A stretch of 64,000 bases of DNA from Amoeboaphelidium protococcarum X5 (Eukaryota > Fungi > Aphelidiomycota), in assembly GCA_023515725.1 (NCBI GenBank), contig JALDTO010000213.1, forward strand, positions 690,280 to 754,279, in the 5' to 3' direction. A program made the translations under genes and the position numbers. The notes under the pieces were generated by a model. It was not told the DNA's origin. It ran no database searches and saw only the letters and a program-made list of their open reading frames with translations. This document shows positions 11,833-24,324 of the stretch, one piece after another; positions within the stretch are counted from its first letter, which is position 1; each line of letters starts with the position of its first letter.

Positions 11833-12960
11833 ATGACTCAGTTTACTATCGTTGCTGGCACGTATGAAAAGCTTTTGGTTGGTATTGACACCAAAATATC
11901 TTAGGATAATGGCGATAATTCGCTTGATATGGAAATGAGTTTCGGGTTTGCCGCGCATATTGGAGCTGTGAAAACTGTAGCCATAGGAGGAGAATTCCTG
12001 GCCAGTGGTAGTAGTGATGAAGTGATTAAACTGTTCAATATGAAGAAGAAGAAGGAGCTGGGATCTTTGCATTCGCATAGTGGTTCTATTCATTCTCTTA
12101 AATTCTATAAGGATTCCCATATGATATCTGCCTCATCTGATGGTACGATTTAGTTATACCGCACTCAAGATTTTGAATTGCTAAAGACTTTGAAAGGCCA
12201 TAAGGGACCGGTTAGTGACGTAGCTATACACCCGTCTGGCTCAGTAGCGCTATCTATTGGAGCTAATGATAAATGCGTAAAGCTGTGGAATCTTACGACT
12301 GGAAAATGTGCCAACAGTACGCGTTCACGTCTGGGCGCTGATTTAGATTTGGACAGTCTGAGCATTAAAGAGAAGCGAGAACTTGGACGTATTATATCCC
12401 AACATCCCGATCGTATTATGTGGAATGTAGATGGGACTTCATATGGTATTCTCTTCTCTGACCGTATTGAAATCACGTCTATTAGTAAGCAAGTAGAAAG
12501 ATTGACGCGTGTATGTTACGCAGAGAGCTTTGGTGAGAAGATGCTTGACTTTGCCTTTGTGGTCAGTAAAGATACTGAAGATGAATTTATTATCAGCAGT
12601 CATGAAGATGGATGTGTCAGAGTATGGAATGTGGACGATGCTGATGAAGATGGTCGTATTCTATGCATGAAAGCTGTGAATTTGCATGATTGTCGTATCA
12701 AATCTATCAAAGTGCACAGTACAGGTGATGATGATAATAAGTAATACCTTATCACTGGTGACTCTCAGGGTGAGATATCTGTATGGGATCTTAATGATAT
12801 TATCAGTCTTGATGCACAAGAGTCCAGTTCTCTTGCCAGAATATCTATTGGTAGTAGAATAACCTGCTTGGATGCCCATACTGTGTAGAGTACGGATGAC
12901 ACGAAACGTGGCAAAGCAAAGAAGCGCAGAACTTTGTAACAGCCTGTTGATTAAAAATGA
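11833..12960 (+). CDS. MAK11: WD40 60S biogenesis factor Mak11/PAK1IP1, 375 aa
   Basis: IVAGTYEKLL, FAAHIGAVKTVA, LASGSSDEVIKLF, HPSGSVALSIG, LWNLTTGK, HDCRIK, SRITCL. Confidence 0.92.
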
Positions 12961-13047
12961 ACACAACAAATGAATATTACTTATTTACATTAATCATTTA
13001 TACTTCAAATTCAAACTGGTAATTTTACTTACTATATATTTTTAAAT

Positions 13048-14139
13048 TCAAATTGGTGATTCGCCTATAGTCTTGTGGTATTGATTGAAAGCATCCACAC
13101 GGAATATCTGCGGCTGTCCAATGAAGCCGCTGTAAGTCCATTTATATCTCAATCCACTTTTTTCATTATCAGCAGAAAGTAGTAATTCCATCTTTCCAGA
13201 GTAAAGCTTTCTGCGCAACTACTAAAATGTGAGCCTATCTCCAGTGTGGAGTAGATAAACCATTAGAGACGTCACCTCTTGTAACACAAAGTCTGCGAAT
13301 GAGTGATAGTCTTCATCACGCGTCAATGAAGGCATTTCAAATGCGTAATCCAGGAACTTAACAATCATACTGACACCTCTGTCCGATATAGTTTCTTCAA
13401 AGGAAACGCGTTAACTATCCAGCCATTTATTAAAGAGTAATAGGATACTATTTGATATGTACTGATAAATGCTCTGTCGGATGTTAAATTAATCTGCAGC
13501 GGAAATTTAATCAACAAACGGAAGTTCCTCAACCAGAAGATACTGCATACGAATGAGTTAAACTTATTGAATGCAATCTTCCATTCTAAGCAATTTTCGT
13601 CTCTGCTCAATGTCTGCAAATGCATTCAGAATCACCTTTGCCTTCGTTGATATTAGAAACTTCACCACGTGTTCACCAAAATACTGCTTCAGGATTGGCG
13701 AATGATCATCATCACTCAGAGCTACGCTTTATTACAATAGCGCAATAAAAGTATCGACAGCCTCAAATTAGAACAAGCGCTCAGCATCTTCTGCCAACGT
13801 CCACGGATCGCTTTAAGACTTCATGGATTTAAAAAGCTTCTCAGAAGCATACGACTTATCACGTCTGAAGTCTCTCCATTTACTATGTGCCGTGGAAAGC
13901 AGAGAATTAGAGTCTTATTACGCCCTTCTTAATATGGAATGCGGATCCATAAAAGCCTGTGGAGCAGCGGCTAATCTATATCTGCTTCTATCGGGTAGAG
14001 TTGATCTACTAGGACCAGCCTTGACAGCAGGATGATACAACGGACGATATGACGCGAGTGAGCGATATTAGGGTATACCAATATTCATGCCATGAGCCCA
14101 CACAAACAATAGCGTAATCACGCAGCAAAACATCAGCAT
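13048..14139 (-). CDS. Secreted hypothetical protein A, 363 aa (paralogue of the adjacent gene)
   Basis: Intronless TGA-free frame with signal peptide MLMFCCVITLLFVWAHG. Shares motifs with 14432-15502. Confidence 0.8.
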
Positions 14140-14431
14140 TTCATTAATTTAGTAGTGAGCATTGTCCGTGGGAAGGAGATGCAGTGATCGTCGCGCTTGA
14201 TTAAGGGGCAATATAGATAAGTACGGAATATTTACAAGATTTGGTACATTGCGGGATCACACTGGCATGTTTGGGATATGAACAGAATATGAAATTATTC
14301 TAGAACGTGAAATAGGATGTGAATGAAAAGCATAACAATAAGCTATTATAAATAGGACTGTTGTGCATTTTATCTATATTTAATCTAATGATAACTCAAA
14401 CAGTAATGATGATGCTGTTGGTGACCTTTGA

Positions 14432-15502
14432 TCAGAACAAATTGATGTTCTATAAATTTCTCAAGAGCTGATAGTGCCTGTTGAACTATGGTGCTGGCAG
14501 TGACAATCTCTATCCATTTGGCCCATCGTAGAACCAGCTAAAGAGAGCCATTCCTACTTAGCTTATTGAAAGATCCAGCAACAAGTGGGCAGGGGTGGTA
14601 GACAGTGCAATCATTAACCGATTGAAACGTACCCATTTACCAGCGTACAAAAGATCTACAGAGACCATAGAGACTTGATCCATCACAAAGTCAATGAAAG
14701 AGTTGACCTTCGGCTGCTTTGCATCTTTTGGTTGTTTAAATGCCTCAATAATGAACAGATACGCGCGTTCAGGATACCCCAAATCTCCTTAAACCCATAC
14801 TGACAGTCGTTCTTTCAATCGCTTCCCAACATGGCGAGTTAGAGCGAAACGCAGATCTAAATCTTGCTCGGGACTTACTTTTGGGTCAATAGGAAGGCAG
14901 TCAATGAGGGAATACTGCAAGCGGATTAAATGGGCAAAGCTAATATAATCATTGAGTACGATATTGTCCAAATGAGTTTCCAGCAATGAAAATGCGTTGA
15001 TAACCGCGACTGAGCGCTAATTGTGCAATATTGATTTTAGCTGATCTTTACTCACGAATTTCATTGTAGTGGTAGCTGCCAGATCTTCTGTCTAAAATAT
15101 AAGCTTTTATATCAGCAATTCCAGCGTATCTTGATTAAATATCGCATTTGCAGATTTTGCCAACAGTTCGGAATTTTCCTGCGATGACTTTACACTAGTC
15201 ACTGGCCCACCAGATACAGAGTCCCCAGTGTCTTGACGTCCTCGAAACAACAACTTGACGGCCGTATCTATATCCTTAATAGATTCACTGAAGTGAAAAT
15301 CAGGCTAGGCAATTGCTTTAACTCCAACGCCGTTTTTGATCATTCCCCGAATTGGTCTTATCTACATTGGTAACGCGCCAAACCGTAGATGCGTAAATTG
15401 ATGACCGGCTCTCTATACGATAACAGCATCGACGATCATCGAGCACTAGAGGAGTATCATTATCATGACCAGCATGTGCATAAAATTACTAGCGATCTCC
15501 AT
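14432..15502 (-). CDS. Secreted hypothetical protein B, 356 aa (paralogue of the adjacent gene)
   Basis: TGA-free frame with hydrophobic N-terminus MLVMIMILLQCSMIVDA. Motifs HLIRLQYSLIDCLP, SFIDFVMDQV and WFYDGPNGQ align with gene A. Confidence 0.8.
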
Positions 15503-16298
15503 TTACAAGCACTTTCGTTTAAATCGTGAGAAGATATGAACTGAGTTTCAATAAAAAGTATGAAAATATGAAAGCTGATCACCCCTGGATTGTGCACCGT
15601 AAAACGGGAGCAAGTTGATGTATTTAGCATATCAAGTGTGACATTCTTTGGATTTAGAGGACAATATACTGTATCTGGTCATCACTCAAGAACGTAAAAT
15701 TGTGATACGTTATTCTTAAAAATGGTGAATCTTAAAAAACCACGTAGTCTCATATGAGTGATCACGTTTGGACTCTTGCTGATAAAAGTGCACATAAACT
15801 CTTTCATATCCAATCGCGTTTAACAACATAGCCAATTGTGTACATCATACACTGTGCGTATCAGATGTTGGAAGATATAGCCGTGTTCACCAGCGGAAAA
15901 ATTTAATGAGCTCTTACAGGAGCAAAGTTTTTTGGTATCAGCATGCTGTTTCATATAGCTGTCTGCGGCAAGTCGCGCATAATAGCCATTGAACAATTCC
16001 CATGAGGCTTCTTGTTGAGTTCTCTAGTATGCTTTGCACTTGGAGGTGATTTTTGTTTTTCAAATACCAACCGAATCTAACTTAATATCTGTTGAAAATG
16101 AATATAGAATATGATATGATATGCCTGAACAAATTTTCGTACCAGTTGCCATGCTTTGCTGCATAGGTGGAGATTGATTTTGTCATAGCCACAAGTTCGT
16201 TCTAAAAATAGCTTCTCATTAGATTATATTACTACTTTTCATCTCACTTCTTCTCATCCATACAGTTGCTGTTGTTTATCTAGAATTATAATAATTGC

Positions 16299-19200
16299 AT
16301 GATGATGTTTTGGAATGCTTTGTTAGGCCTACTACTGGTGGTAAAAGCTTATTATGTTGATCGAATAGTCAGCATTGGCGCCTCCTCGATGACAATCGCC
16401 AATTCTGCGGTTGATCCTCTTGGCAACATGCTGATGGCTGGACATACTTCCGACCCAAGCATAAAAGTGTATGGTGTAAATGGCGATGTTTAGGCCACAA
16501 TTACTCTGCCTGGCTCTGGTACTCGCGGCTTTGTTGTGAAATTCTTCCCAAATGGTACCATGTGGTGGCATGCTGCACTTTAGGGCAATATTTATCTAAT
16601 CAACGTGGGCGGAGATTCATTTGGTAGCACTGTATGTTATGGTTGGATCTAACAGCAGACACAGGTTTATTCTGCATCGGGCTCAATAACGCGTACAATT
16701 ACCCCCGTTTCCGGCGATGGCGGTATGTTTGTAATTAGCTGGTCGAATGGTGGTACCTTTTAATGGGTGGCTCAGTCTACGAGCGCGGGCTCTAGCTATC
16801 CTGGTGGAGGGTATGTGGCAAGCAGTGGTGAAATCGCTTTTAATGTGCAGTCTGGGGCAAATTTTGCCATGACAGGCTCCAATAATGTCTAGGTTTCTCG
16901 CTCTTCACCGGGATTGTACAATATAATGTATGCCGTCAAGCTAAAACGTGATGGAACAGTAGCATGGGTTGCAAAGTTACAAAACTCGGCCCTATCGAGC
17001 TTCGTTCCTCAAGCCTCTGCTGTCAGCAGCGTTGATGGTAGAGTTGCAGTTGGAGGTAACATTTTCTGTGATTCATTGCTCTAAGTTTATAATCTTCAAG
17101 ATCAGCTTGTCAAAACATAATCTATGGACTTGCCCGGTAAAGGTTGTTCCTTTGCCGTTGTGTATGACTCGAGTGGAACCATGTTAAATACCTTTTTTTG
17201 GTATGGATCCGGATCAAGTACAGGAGTTGCAGGACTTGTATTTGACACATCGTCTAGCCTATATGTGAAGTGTACATATGGTGCTTTTTCTTTAAGCATT
17301 TAGGGAGCTGATGGCACTGGTATATAAGCAACTCTCCCACTGAATTTGCCGTGCTTTGTAGTTAAATTTTCATCTACAGGAGCTTATTTATGGTTAAACT
17401 AGTTCACGTGGCCTGGTACTTAGACTAATGCATTTGATGAATTATGGATAAGTCCCTCTGGATTGCTGAGCTATTCGATTGGTGCAGGCTCTGGACTTAT
17501 TTAAGTTCGAGATTCCTCTCAGGCCACATATGGTGTCTCTCCAATGGTGCAAAGCAACGGAGGAGCATTGGTGCTTGTCGATTTGAATGGTTTAGTGCAG
17601 CCGTCTTCCCTTGTACCGACGTTTAGCTCCAGCCAAATGCGGGCTGTAGCATCCGGATTTGATTCTACTGGTGCTGCTTACTTGTCAGGGTTTTTGCCAA
17701 GTAATGACTTTGCTGAATTTGCAAACACTGATGGTTTGATATGTTACAGCAGGACGTACACCGACTCTAATTAGGTCTTCATTGTGAAATATTTGCCTGG
17801 AACTCCAAGCACCACCTGCATTGCCATTGCTACTACTCCTACGACTACAACTACTACCACAACTACTACTCCTACGACTACAACTACTACCACAACTACC
17901 ACTACAAGTACTACGACGACTACGACTACGACGACCACCTCAACTACGACGACCACCTCAACTACTACTACAACTTCAACATCGAGTACAACCACTACGA
18001 CGACTACGACAACAACAACCACGACAACTACAACAACTACGACAACATCAACGACGACGCCGACTATGACCCCTACCACTACTATCACTTTTGATGTGTC
18101 GACTACTAGCTCAATCATCTCCTTTTTGTCTGGTCCTGTATCGAGTTTTACTCTTCAAACTGCAAGCTCCTAGTCCACAAATACTGTGTCGCTTCCAGCG
18201 TCTAGTTCTAATAATTTAGTTGCTACCGGTACGGTTGTCGCATCTGCCTCAAGGTATTCGTCTCATGGCTCTAGTAGTACGCTATCTTCGTCTCAAAGCG
18301 GCACATAGACATTGATTTAGTTCTTTACTGGCAGTTTTGGTGAAAAATTAACTTACTCTGCTGCATATGAGTTTAGTTTTACTTTGGGTGCTGGTAGGGG
18401 TACTTCAGCTGGTGCATAATCTGTTAGTCTTGGCGCAATCGTTTCTTCAGTGCTATTGTCATTTGCCATTTGCTTTATAATTGCAATCTGGCTATTTCTA
18501 CGCAGACTCCGAAGAAATTAGCGTAAATCTACCATGCGTCCAACCAATGCCACTTACTCTTCGATCACGACGTCCATTACTAATGTGATGCCACATCTAG
18601 GCACCAACATCACCGCAATGCCGTCAGTCTTCAATGCAACAACGATGATGAATACTGCAATGGAAATCGCTATTCCTGCATTCATGGAGTTGAAAGAGGG
18701 TGTCAACTTTAGGCGTTTTGATGACCGAGTATTATCTAAAGGCAGTTAAGGCATAGTAGCACTTGTGGATATGTTCAACGTGCCTCAAAATCATTGGTTA
18801 AGTAATAGTGGTGTGCGTACATTTGTCGGTAAATTTGCAACGTAAGATAGTAGCTTTGAGGTGTTTATGCAAGAGGTGGCGCTTCTGTGGAAGTTCCACC
18901 AGAGCGAATACGTGGCTAAATTGGCTGCATTTGATCATCAAGCCAAGGTATTGATAATGCCGTACTTTGAACTTGGTGCATTGCAAAGACTCATTGATGG
19001 AGAAATGTCAATCAATCTTACTTTTGACATGGTGCTGCAACTATGTCATGATGCAGTTGCTGGCATTGATGTCTTGCACTAGTCTTTTGTGGTGCATAAT
19101 GATATAAAATCTGCAAACTATCTAATGGAGTAGCGTGATGGTAAGTTGAGATTGTGCTTGACTGATTTTGGTGTGTGTACAATTGTTGATAGTTCAAAGG

Positions 19201-19553
19201 CAGTAACTGGTCTGTAGTGGAATAGCATCAATGGTGCTACTGTTCGCTATGCTGCACCAGAGGTTTTGTTCAAGTACACCGTGCCGATGGAGTTGTGGTT
19301 TAAGCGTGACATTTACTCTGTCGCCATTGTGATGAATGAGATTTTGACGCGTACTAAAGCATGGCCTCAGTTGCGGGTAGAAGATGTAATCGTTAGCGTT
19401 TAGTAAGGTGTACGCCCATCTAACAACAATCAGTTCTTCAATGAGTCTCGCTGTTAAAATTTGCTGTAGATCATCGATGTTGCATGGGCATAGGATCCAA
19501 CTTTAAGGCCCCAAGCTGTTGGGTTGATGCGTTTTTTGAATGAATTGATGTGA
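16299..19553 (+). CDS. Receptor-like TKL protein kinase, 1084 aa: signal peptide, beta-propeller repeats, Thr-rich stalk, TM helix, non-RD kinase
   Basis: Repeats FVVKFFPNGTMWW / FVISWSNGGTFQW / YAVKLKRDGTVAW / FVVKFSSTGALLW; TM at about 18430-18500 followed by RRLRR; VHNDIKSANYL, LTDFG, RYAAPE, DIYSVAIV. Confidence 0.9.
17832..18083 (+). repeat. ACN-codon low-complexity repeat encoding a poly-Thr mucin-like stalk
   Basis: About 84 codons, almost all Thr, with occasional Ser/Pro; in frame in the receptor kinase. Confidence 0.95.
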
Positions 19554-19948
19554 AGTTGATTGATTAAAAAAATTAGTCTAATCCAGTTTTCGCGCCAAAT
19601 ACTTGGGGCAAATTTATGTTTGTTCAGTAGATCATCATCCTCAACCATTATATAATCTGGTGAGAATGAGCACTCAATAGACATCACCATCACCATCATC
19701 CTGAGAGAGTGTGAGATCCTTAACGCTATACAGTACTGTACTTACATAACGTGACGCCTTCTTTGAAACACTCCCGCCCGTTCCTTGCCTTTAACAGTTC
19801 TTCGTCTTGACGTTCAATCATTCTCTGCGGATTTCTTCCTTTGCGATAGGCACTCTTTACACTTACAAGATCCAATCACTTTTACTGTACTGTACTGTAC
19901 CGTTTTTGGTAGAGTCTTCGTGTTAGTGTGTATAAAAATATAATAAAT

Positions 19949-22900
19949 ATGCAGTAAAGACCACCACCTCAATAGCCGTAGTAGTTCCCCTAAGGATAGT
20001 TTAGACCGTAGATGGATCAGAGACCGCCGCCTAATGGCTAATAGTTCAGACCGCCTTTGCCTCAGTAGTAACATTAGGGATAATAATAGATGAGGCCTGC
20101 TATGCCATAGTAAAAGTAAGTTTATAACATCTAATCAGCAGGAATAACATTTTGATAATACCTTTTGTTTTTGTAGTGGCAATATGGCTGGATAATTGGC
20201 TAATGGAATGTAGTAGATGCAATTAAATGGATCGCCGTAGATGATGCGTCCGTCTGTCAATAGAGTTAGTCCTGCCGGCAGTACAAGTTCTTCAAGAAGA
20301 GTCTATCCAGGATAGTAGTAGTAACCATCGCCATCTATGCCTCCAGTCTCCTCTACCGGTCCTGGTACTCCTCCTAATGGCTTTAGCAATTAGATGAGTC
20401 CTAACATGCAGAGATAGCCTCAGATGCAGTTTCCGTAATTGTAACAGTCATTGTAGTAATAACCGTAGTACCCGTAATAGAGAGCCCCGATGCAACCACC
20501 TCCGTTACAGTAGTTTTAATAACCTTAGCCTGGTCCTCCAATGTAAAGTCAATAGTAGTAGTAGTAGTTTCCCTAGTAGCAGCCTTAATTTTAGTAGTAG
20601 TAACCAATGCCTCCTTAATTTCCACCTTAACCATTGTAATAATCTTAATCATAGTTCATGGAGTAGTAGAGATAGAAGATAAATCCAGATTAGATTCCCT
20701 CGGTGGTGGAAGTGTAGCGTCAAGACTAAGAGCTATGGGATAATCATGAGTATCGAACAAATTCTAAGTAATTGCCTCCACTGGCCAGTACAGACTTTCT
20801 ATGTGTTGATGATGGTAACGCGGCTCCTAGATTTATTAGAGCCACCACTTACAATGTGCCTGGAACTTCAGAGGTTTCGAATTTGAGTAAAATTCCTTTC
20901 GGTCTAGTTATTTAGCCAATGGCTCATATGCCATCCAATGAACCACCTGTGCCGGTTGTTGATATGGGTCCTCAAGGTCCTGTTAGATGCAATAGGTGTA
21001 AGGCATATGTGAATCCATTTATGCGCTTTGTCGATGGTGGACGTAAATTGTATTGCAACATTTGTGAGTTTGGTAATACTGAAGTACCGGCCGAGTATTT
21101 CTCTGCTCTAGATATGGGTGGCCTCAGGCTGGATCATTATCAGAGACCGGAATTGCAATATGGTACAGTTGACTTTGTGGCGACACCAGAATTCTGTTTC
21201 CGAAAGCCTGTACCTGCCAGCTTTGTATTTATGATTGACGTTTCATTTAATGCGATTCAAAGTGGAATGATGCAGTTGGCTGTGGATACACTTCTGGAAA
21301 TTCTGGATCTGTTCCCTGAGAATGATGAGGGAGAAGTTTTGTGTAAGATTGGAATTGTGGCATTTGATAGAGCGGTCCACTTTTTTAACTTGAACTCCCA
21401 AAAACTAAATCCAGAGCTTATGACTATGAATGATTTGGAGGATGGTTTTGTACCGATTGAGGATGGATTCCTGGTTAATCCGGTCGAGTGTCGAGAATAG
21501 ATTGAATCTGTACTGAAGCAGTTCCCTAAGCTCTTTTCTAGTGCGCGCACTCCTGAGACTTGTTTTGGTTCAGCTGTCGATGCTGTGCTATCAGGCCTTG
21601 CTAAGACTGGCGGGAAGATCGTGGTGTTATAATCATCTTTGCCAAACTTTGGATCTGGATCACTGACCAGTAGAGAAGATCCAAAGTTGTTCAATACTGA
21701 TAAGGAGAAGACTCTGTTTGCTCCATAGAATGATTTTTACGTCAAGTTGGCAGAGAAGGCAGTTGGATGTGGTGTAGGTGTTGATCTGTTCCTATTTCCA
21801 CAGCAGTACATTGATGTTGCCACTATTGGTCCATTGAGTTCAATAAGTGGTGGAAATACCTACATGTATGTGAACTTTAATTACGCTCGTGATGGATACA
21901 GATTTGCAGAGGAGTTACGTAGAATCGTTACCAGGTAATTTGGATATGACTGTATTCTCAGAGTCAGGTGTGGTAATGGATTGCGAGCAGTGGAGCATCA
22001 TGGTAATTTTATGATGCGCAATACCACTGACGTAGAAATGGGCGTGGTAGATAGTGAAAAGTCTATTGCCATCAAGTTTGTTCACGATGGAAAAATTGGT
22101 GAGAATGCTGATATCTCATTCTAGATTGCCATGTTGTACACCTCAGCTCTGGGATAACGGCTGATACGTGTTATAAATCTGACTCTACCATCTACTACAG
22201 TGCTGGCTAATGTGTTCAGAAATGCTGATATGGACACTACTCTGAATCTCGTTATCAAGTCTGCGGTTGCTCAGTGTTAGAGCACCCAACTGAAGGTGGT
22301 GAGGGAGCAGCTTAGCGATCTATGCGTCTAGATACTGGGTGCATACAGAAAACATTGTGCATCTTCTGGTGCCGCCGGGTAGTTGATACTTCCAGAGACG
22401 TACAAGCTGTATCCTATCTTGTCGTTGGCGATGCTGAAGTTCAAAGCACTTAGAGGTGGTGTGGATCTGTCGTCAGACTTTCGCGTTCATGGAATGCGGT
22501 ATGTTCGTAATATTGGTGTGGGAGCGAGCACTGCTCTGTTCTATCCAAGAATTTTTGCCATTCATGACTTACAGGAGGGCGTTTGTGAGTATGATCCACA
22601 GTTGAATCATTTTGTATTGCCTCATGTGGTCAGAGCCTCGATCGATTACATTAGCCCGAATGGTGTCTACCTGCTGGAGAATACTGAAGTTTTGTACATG
22701 TACGTGACGCGTAATGTTGACAGTCAGTTCTGCTAGGACGTGTTTGGTCAACCGGGAGTGGAGCAGATTGATATCAAATTGAGAGAACTCCCAGTGATCG
22801 ATAATGTGACATCAGTGAGAGTTCGTGCTCTGATTAGCCACATACAGGATGATATGAGAAGAGGTCAGTATGTTTAGTTGCAGATCATAAGACAAGGAGA

Positions 22901-23021
22901 TCCTATGGAGCCTCTCTTTATGCAACTACTGGTTGAAGACAAGAACAACGACAATATGAACTATATTGACTACCTGTGCTTGATTCATGCTAACATTAGA
23001 TAGCAGATCTTGGACTCTTGA
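19949..23021 (+). CDS. SEC24: COPII coat subunit Sec24 (Sec24C/D, Sfb3-like); intron 20116-20176
   Basis: Q/P-rich N-terminus written largely in TAA/TAG; DDGNAAPRFIRATTY, GPVRCNRCKAYVNPF, FMIDVS, LILPETYKLYP, gelsolin-like end. GTAAGT...GTAG intron restores the frame. Confidence 0.95.
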
Positions 23022-23310
23022 ATAATATATATATATAATAAAAAGGCATTTCGATCCTATTTGTTTGTAATCCTTCCCCTGTAAACTCGATTTCGATGTA
23101 TCGTGTTGAGTCTTTACATTACCAGATTGTCGTTGGAAAGCCTCGCCGCCATAAAACCGGTTCAAGTACAAATGTTAAAAATGAAACGCGTAAATTGCCG
23201 AATATGCCAGTTACCATACAAAGATTCCATACTGGTTGCAATATTCTTGTCTTGTACTCTCTCATTTACTCCGTCAGTAGATACTATAAAATAAATTTAT
23301 CTTTGCGACA

Positions 23311-24219
23311 ATGTCAACTGGGTTTCATCTGCCTTCATCTGGTAGTAGTTCCTCAATGGAAGATAAGGTTGATCTACTCCTTAAAGAAATCCTACTTGCA
23401 CCTGATTGTAACATCTCCCACGCTGATGATGTTGATTCAAGTCCTGCTGCCGAAGCTGATTAGTATTTGGGTAAACTAGATAATACAATATAGCCTGGTA
23501 CATCTCAGTCTGAAAGTAGTACAGAAATTGATTTTAATATCAGTTTCAACAATCTGCACAATGCTTCTGCTTAATAATTGTTTCAACCCGACGATCATCA
23601 AGTCGATCTTCTCAATGATCTACACAATCTTCAACCCAATAATCCTTATCATTAACCTGGTAATCTCTGGGATGATGATTATAATTTGTATGGCTCTTAA
23701 AACTCTCAAAGTCATTTGCATAAATCATTGTCATCATATGAGTTGAACGCGTCGTTGGGATATCTAATTGGAGATCCGACTTTGCTACCTGCCGCGGATA
23801 ACTCTAATCTATACCGCGATTCTTTATCACTGAGAAACAATGATCAAGAATAAGATGGCTTATTTGATCATGGTAAGAGGTTTAGGACAACCAAGTTCAT
23901 AAATGAAAATCCGCAAGCCTCAACCGGGACGAGTTAAAGCAGTCCGACTCTGATATCCAAGCGCGATCAATAGCATATATTCGGTGGAAGCACTAATTAT
24001 AATCAAAAGGTAAATCCTTACAATGGGAAAGTCTGCACACTATGTGGTTCCACGAAAACTCCTGCTTGGCGCCGTCATCCGTATGACAGTACTTTGGTAT
24101 GTAATGCCTGTGGTCTCTACTTGAAATTACACAATAAACCACGTGAGATGAAGATTGTCAATGGCGTGGTGAAGACTAAACGCAACAAGAAGCCTGCTCC
24201 TAAGAGGACATTGAATTGA
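23311..24219 (+). CDS. GATA zinc-finger transcription factor, 302 aa
   Basis: C-terminal CTLCGSTKTPAWRRHPYDSTLVCNACGLYLKLH (C-x2-C-x18-C-x2-C). Confidence 0.9.
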
Positions 24220-24324
24220 AGAGCGTCTGTCTACCAGGTGCAGCGTCGCGGGCGAGATAGTAAGGGGTCGTTTCTTTTAAAAGATTTCAATGCTAATGAT
24301 GGAATTATATATATAAATGTAAAT

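Noticed and set aside
15600-16190. Minus-strand frame of about 130 codons with an intron-like segment
   Set aside because: The obvious splice creates a TGA and no family is recognisable. At best a pseudogene.
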